Of a stretch of 64,000 nt of DNA, positions 59,901-64,000 are shown one piece after another; positions within the stretch are counted from its first letter, which is position 1, and each line of letters opens with the position of its first letter. Under the pieces are notes generated by a model that saw only the letters and a list, made by a program, of their open reading frames with translations, ran no database searches and had not been told where the DNA came from. A program made the translations under genes and the position numbers. The stretch comes from Mantamonas sphyraenae STR306. Its lineage: Eukaryota > Protista > CRuMs. Where the stretch lies: assembly GCA_026936335.1 (NCBI GenBank), contig JAPMXV010000026.1, positions 186,001 through 250,000 of the forward strand, in the 5' to 3' direction.

Positions 59901-61540
59901 TGCGCAAGCCCGACGAGGTGTACAACACAGAAGTGGGCTCGTCGGAGGAGTCGCGTGTGCGAGAGCTGGAGGAGAGCATGAGCGTGCCGCAGGCGTGGCG
60001 GGTCAAGCTGACCAACCTGTACACGCTGACAATTTTGGTGACGCTGTTCCTTGCACATCCGATCATCAGCAAGGTGCTGTTCCAGATCTTCAACTGCGTG
60101 CAGCTGGACGACGGGGCCTACCTGGCCGACGACATGAGCGTGAGCTGCGACAGCGCACGGTACAAGAGTTTCCGCGATTCGTACGGCTACCTGATGGTGG
60201 TTGGATACTGCTTTGGCGTGCTGCTGGTCGGTCTGTTTGTGCTGGTGAAGAACAGGAAGAAATTGAACACGGCGGAGGTGCAGAGCAAGTACCGTTTCCT
60301 GTACGACGGCTACTCGACCAAGCGTTTCTACTGGGAAGTTGTGATTATGCTGCGCAAGCTTGTTGTGGTGGCGTTTATCGTGTTTTTCCGGCGGGAGCCG
60401 CTGACGCAGCTGTACAGCGGCCTGTGGATGGCCATGGGTGCGTTTGTGTTGCACCTGTACGCACGTCCGTTTGCGTCGCCACTGACGACAAATCTGGAGA
60501 CGCTGTCGTTGGCGACGCAAACGGTGACGCTGATGAGCGGACTTGTGTTTTACAGCGACGAAACGACGGCAGAGGACGTGCAGGTGCTGTCGACGCTGCT
60601 GCTTGTGGTGAATCTGGCCGTGGTGATTGCGTTTGGCGTTGTGTTTGTACACCAGTTTGTGCAACTGGCACGCAAGCAGAAGCATGTGGCGGCCATGCAA
60701 GAGCAGATGGCCAGGCAGTACGAAGAGATGAAGGCGCACCAGGAGGCGACGCGGCAGCGCGCGGCAATCCTCAAGACCGTGGTGGAGGAGACGAGCAGCA
60801 CCCGCAGTGGCAGCACAATGTTGCAGGCCAAGGTGGCGAGCAGCGAGTCGGGAGTGTCGAAGCGAGCAAGCATGTACGTGCGCAACCGATCGCAGACGGT
60901 GATTGCGATGCAGTCGATGCGAGAGAAGCAGCTACGCTCGTTTGCAGACGCGATGGAAAGTTCTGTGTGGCGAGAGCGGACGGTCAAAGCAGTGTGCAAG
61001 GCAGTGGACGACGGGTGGATGGTGGAAGGTGAGAGTGAGGAGCGACGTGGCCTGCTGGAAGGCATCGTGGCGTGGTGGCGAAGCGTGGAGAGCGGTGATC
61101 AGGAAGGGGAGGAGCTGTTGGACATGGCAAACGAGCTGGTGGAGGCATATCTTGACGACGACAGCGATACGTTTGTGGACGTGGAGTTTGGTGCGTTGAG
61201 CAACACCCTGCGTGTCGTGGGCATGATGGACGCGGAAGCCATTGACAAGAGTGCGTTTGATCTGGTTGTGGCCAAGGAGTGGGCTCAATCGTGGGACCAG
61301 CTGCGCAAACAGCTGGAAGACGCGTACCCAGCCGCAAGCGACAACGAGCAGCTGGAGGAGGCGCACAACAAGAGGCAGGAGGAAAAGAAGAAGGAGTTGG
61401 AGGAGGCGCGCGGAACGGAGGAGGCTGCGGAAGATGACATGGAGCTGATGCTGACGGGGCCGAGCACTCTTGCGAGTTCTGCAAAGATGGTGGATGGAGA
61501 GATGGAGATGAGTGTGTTGGGTGGGGGTGAGGCGGAATGA
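29987..61540 (+). CDS. Giant (~10,300 aa) surface receptor/adhesin: signal peptide - ~12x[FG-GAP propeller + Cys linker + 2 IPT/TIG] - filamin-like/IPT - discoidin-like - ~18 Ig-like repeats - Cys-rich - multi-pass TM domain - coiled coil - RGS-like tail
   Basis: ORFs 29909-30397, 30541-30879, 31044-32030, 32021-37204, 36420-37259, 37250-37963, 37878-57791 and 57803-61540 are contiguous in domain content. They join by GT-AG introns 30321-30520 and 30668-30778, an unresolved intron region ~30872-31108, and single-base shifts at ~31977, ~36404, ~37233, ~37935 and ~57748. There is only one signal peptide (MPVVVVVLVVLTWCAWATGANA) and one TM block. Confidence 0.82.
52470..53020 (+). other. Discoidin/F5-8 type C (galactose-binding-like) domain within the giant protein
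   Basis: NLAIEATVTS...SGIVDAD...VQVDL...VNQFVVSW...PKAYYLDMW...WQ...RFRVRW...LYELEVHG pattern. Confidence 0.65.
59530..60665 (+). other. Multi-pass membrane domain of the giant protein (protist 'GPCR-related' type, roughly 8-9 hydrophobic segments)
   Basis: KIFLNYLQ, LFQIFNC...YLADDMSVSC, FLYDGY...FYWEVVIMLRK, RPF...NLE motifs, preceded by C..GHTGPLCAVC..GY Cys-rich segment. Confidence 0.8.
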
Positions 61541-61710
61541 GAGAGGCGATGATGGTGAATGAAGCTGGAGAATTTCCTCTCACACAACCACCGGTCAGTG
61601 GTGACACACACACACACAGAGTGTGATGTGCACATGCCACTGTCAATGCTGAGCCCATCGCGTGCCATCGAGCAGGTCGAGGCAAACAAAAACACAACAA
61701 AAGTGACTCG

Positions 61711-64000
61711 ATGTCGCTGTCTTCAACGACGCTAAACAAGCGGTCGTCGGCACAAGCACCAAGGCGCACACGGACATCGTCCAATCTGTCACGCGAGACG
61801 ACGGCGGCGGTGGTTGCGACGCAGGCGGCGGCCGGATCGACGTCACGAGCGCAGACACTTCTGGCACGTCTGCAGCAGGAGCATCAGTCGGTGGGAAAGG
61901 TGAACGAAGTCATAGAAGGCAGTTCGGGCGCAAGTCCGCCGTCAAGAGTGACGTTCTCGCCGTCAAAGCGGCGGCCTCGCTCACGGTCTGGTTCGCCCTC
62001 GTCCTCGTCGCCGTCTCCCATCAGGGGACGGGGAGTGGATGGGGGGAGCAACCCGTACGAGACGTTGAATCAGTCGCGCTCCAAAAGCCCAGCGCGTGGT
62101 CAGAGGACATCGTCGCGGACACGGTCGTCGTCAGGCCTGCAGCACGCGCTGGCGAATCTGGGCTCGTCGTCAACGTCGCTGTGGAGCGTCGGGTCGTCCA
62201 CACGGCTGTCTTCTGTGGATGAGAGTGGGTCGACGGTGATGTTTGGTGGGTCGTCGATGCAGGCGCAGACGGAAGAAGGCGACGCCTACGGTTCGGACGA
62301 CGTGTGGTCGCTGCTTGTGGGTGAGGTGATTCCTCGGGACTGGGAGAACGTTGCGGCGTCGTTCAGCCGCACGTTGGGCCCGGACATGACGCTAACGGCG
62401 TATCCACCGGTGTGTATGTGTGCGGGGCGACAGGTGGTTGTGGCGCTGCACGAGGATGGCCGCGTCCATCAGTTTGACCTGCGTACGTCGCAATGGCGAG
62501 CAAGCGCGCTGGAAGGGCCGCGGCACAGGACAGACGGGTCGTTGACGGCGTTCAACACAAATGTGCTGTTGTACGGAGGGATTGTGACGGACAAGGGAGA
62601 GGAACAGGTGCTGGGGGACGTGTGGACGTACGCACCGAACATCCGAGTATGGACGCGGCGGAAGGAAGCCGAGCCATCGTTTGGCCATGTGTGTGCAGTG
62701 GACACAACACGTGCGCGGATGTTTGTTTACGGAGGACACAGTGGTTTGGTTGAGGATGGCCATGATGGGACACCGCACCGGGGGTTGCGAGTTTACCATG
62801 TGGATGCGGACCATTGGGACACATCGCCGCCAGAAGAAGGGGAGGTGCCACAGGCGACTGAACGGCCAGCTATGGTCTTTGTGGGTACGACGTTGTATCT
62901 GTTTGGAGGAGACGCGCACGTGGGAGTGCATGCGTACGACACTCGGCACGGAGTCTGGAGGCGTTGCGGAGAGTCTGTGGATCTGCCGTGCGAGCGGATC
63001 ACACATGACAGCGCGGTGGCAATAGGCACCCGCATTGTAGTGTACCGTGAGGACGCACTGTTCATTTGGAACACAGATGCAGAGACGCCAGTGTGGCAAG
63101 CCGTTCATGTGGAAGATGGACCGGAGAGGCTGACACGAGCGGCTTGTTTGGCCCAGGGTATGGAGGCGGAGGAGGTTCACACGGATATTGTGGCGATGGC
63201 AGAGTGTGGAGGCAGTCTGATTGCGGTGTCGCCGGACGGGGGCGTGCACGAGCTGGCGTTGGTGCTGAGCGACTTTGATGAACCGGCAGCGCACGCGTCG
63301 CGCAGCGTGGTCCTGATGCATGCGTGTGAACGTGAGAATGACGATCATAGCGCATTCGCAAATGGAGTGCGATTGTACAGGGCTGGAGCAGGGCAGGAGG
63401 TGACGGCCATCCTTGTGGCGAGGACCGGGACTGGGTCAATCAAAACCCAAGGTGGCGACCACGTGCGCGCACGAGTCACTGTGGTTCCTGATGCTCAGGT
63501 AGCGCGGTGGACAAGGTGGGGTTTTGACAGCGATGGCAAGCTGGTGGAGGCGAACGAATTGCTGCTGGACGACGAAACGGACGAGCCGGGCGAGGAGGAA
63601 GATGAAGACGAAGATGGGGTGGATGAGGGACACGAAGTGCTGCAGGACGAGTTGTTGCTGACGGACAACGGCAACGGGACGTACACACTGCGATTTGCGG
63701 TGCCAGAGGCGCTTGTGGGCAGTTGGGTTCAGATCCACATGCGCGTGAACGGCAAGGCTGTGGATGGAATGGCAACGGCAGTGAGGGTGGAAGACAACCT
63801 GCGTCTGTTTCTGCAGAGAGATTGTGGGATGGATGCAGAGACAGCAGACGGGGTGCGAGAAACGCTGGTGGCGCATGGAGTTGGAGATGTCAAGACGGTG
63901 AAGCTGTTGGACAAGCACTGGGCTGGTCAATTGGGCCTTGGTGTCGGATTGACGATGCGACTGCTGCATGGCCTGGGTGAGTTTGGATCGAACGTGGGTG
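61711..64000 (+). CDS. Kelch-repeat protein with Ser/Arg-rich N-terminus, filamin-like Ig segment and possible SAM-like domain (3'-truncated; absent from ORF track because no stop in window)
   Basis: Manual translation from ATG 61711: VLLYGG...LGDVWTY, MFVYGG, LYLFGG; later LTDNGNGTYTLRF...IHMRVNG; then LRLFLQRDCGM...LVAHGV...QLGLGVG. Confidence 0.72.
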   Translation, partial: MSLSSTTLNKRSSAQAPRRTRTSSNLSRETTAAVVATQAAAGSTSRAQTLLARLQQEHQSVGKVNEVIEGSSGASPPSRVTFSPSKRRPRSRSGSPSSSSPSPIRGRGVDGGSNPYETLNQSRSKSPARGQRTSSRTRSSSGLQHALANLGSSSTSLWSVGSSTRLSSVDESGSTVMFGGSSMQAQTEEGDAYGSDDVWSLLVGEVIPRDWENVAASFSRTLGPDMTLTAYPPVCMCAGRQVVVALHEDGRVHQFDLRTSQWRASALEGPRHRTDGSLTAFNTNVLLYGGIVTDKGEEQVLGDVWTYAPNIRVWTRRKEAEPSFGHVCAVDTTRARMFVYGGHSGLVEDGHDGTPHRGLRVYHVDADHWDTSPPEEGEVPQATERPAMVFVGTTLYLFGGDAHVGVHAYDTRHGVWRRCGESVDLPCERITHDSAVAIGTRIVVYREDALFIWNTDAETPVWQAVHVEDGPERLTRAACLAQGMEAEEVHTDIVAMAECGGSLIAVSPDGGVHELALVLSDFDEPAAHASRSVVLMHACERENDDHSAFANGVRLYRAGAGQEVTAILVARTGTGSIKTQGGDHVRARVTVVPDAQVARWTRWGFDSDGKLVEANELLLDDETDEPGEEEDEDEDGVDEGHEVLQDELLLTDNGNGTYTLRFAVPEALVGSWVQIHMRVNGKAVDGMATAVRVEDNLRLFLQRDCGMDAETADGVRETLVAHGVGDVKTVKLLDKHWAGQLGLGVGLTMRLLHGLGEFGSNVG

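Noticed and set aside
59530-60665. Classical 7TM adhesion GPCR with GAIN/GPS site
   Set aside because: No GPS motif seen and more than seven hydrophobic segments; the motifs fit the separate protist YWE...RK membrane family.
29987-61540. Bona fide integrin alpha subunit
   Set aside because: No DxDxDG Ca-binding loops, no thigh/calf arrangement, no single TM with GFFKR; it has many propellers and a multi-pass TM domain.
29987-61540. Bacterial contaminant or operon of separate adhesin genes
   Set aside because: Spliceosomal introns at the 5' end, a eukaryote-type TM module, abundant N-glycosylation sequons, and domains that run through ORF junctions without new signal peptides.
1-64000. tRNA, rRNA or CRISPR arrays
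   Set aside because: None recognised by eye in the short intergenic regions or introns; tRNAscan-SE/Infernal would be needed to exclude small RNAs.

Overview
Gene-dense, GC-rich eukaryotic nuclear DNA from a flagellated protist (CEP76 and CFAP61 present; standard code; short GT-AG introns; intergenic gaps often under 150 bp). The first 30 kb carries about 18 genes: MFSD5-like transporter, a secreted peptidoglycan-binding/L,D-transpeptidase-like protein, CEP76, an EF-hand-like protein, an archaeal-type ProRS, PPCDC, SNF8, AP5S1, ValRS, SmB, CFAP61, REXO4, three cathepsin Z genes, an ELMO-domain protein, a DraG-like ADP-ribosylglycohydrolase and an unknown protein. A ~1.8 kb inverted duplication (13.76-15.55 kb and 23.59-25.39 kb) brackets an ~8 kb block and has the layout expected of a duplication-generating inversion. 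The region 29,987-61,540 appears to be one giant (~10,300 aa) cell-surface protein broken only by a few 5' introns and five single-base indels. Its architecture is signal peptide, ~12 tandem [FG-GAP beta-propeller + Cys linker + 2 IPT/TIG] modules, filamin-like, IPT and discoidin-like domains, ~18 Ig-like repeats, a Cys-rich region, a multi-pass membrane domain and a probable cytoplasmic RGS-like domain. This is the best candidate for an undescribed system. A kelch-repeat gene runs off the right edge. All calls are from motif recognition by eye; no searches were run.
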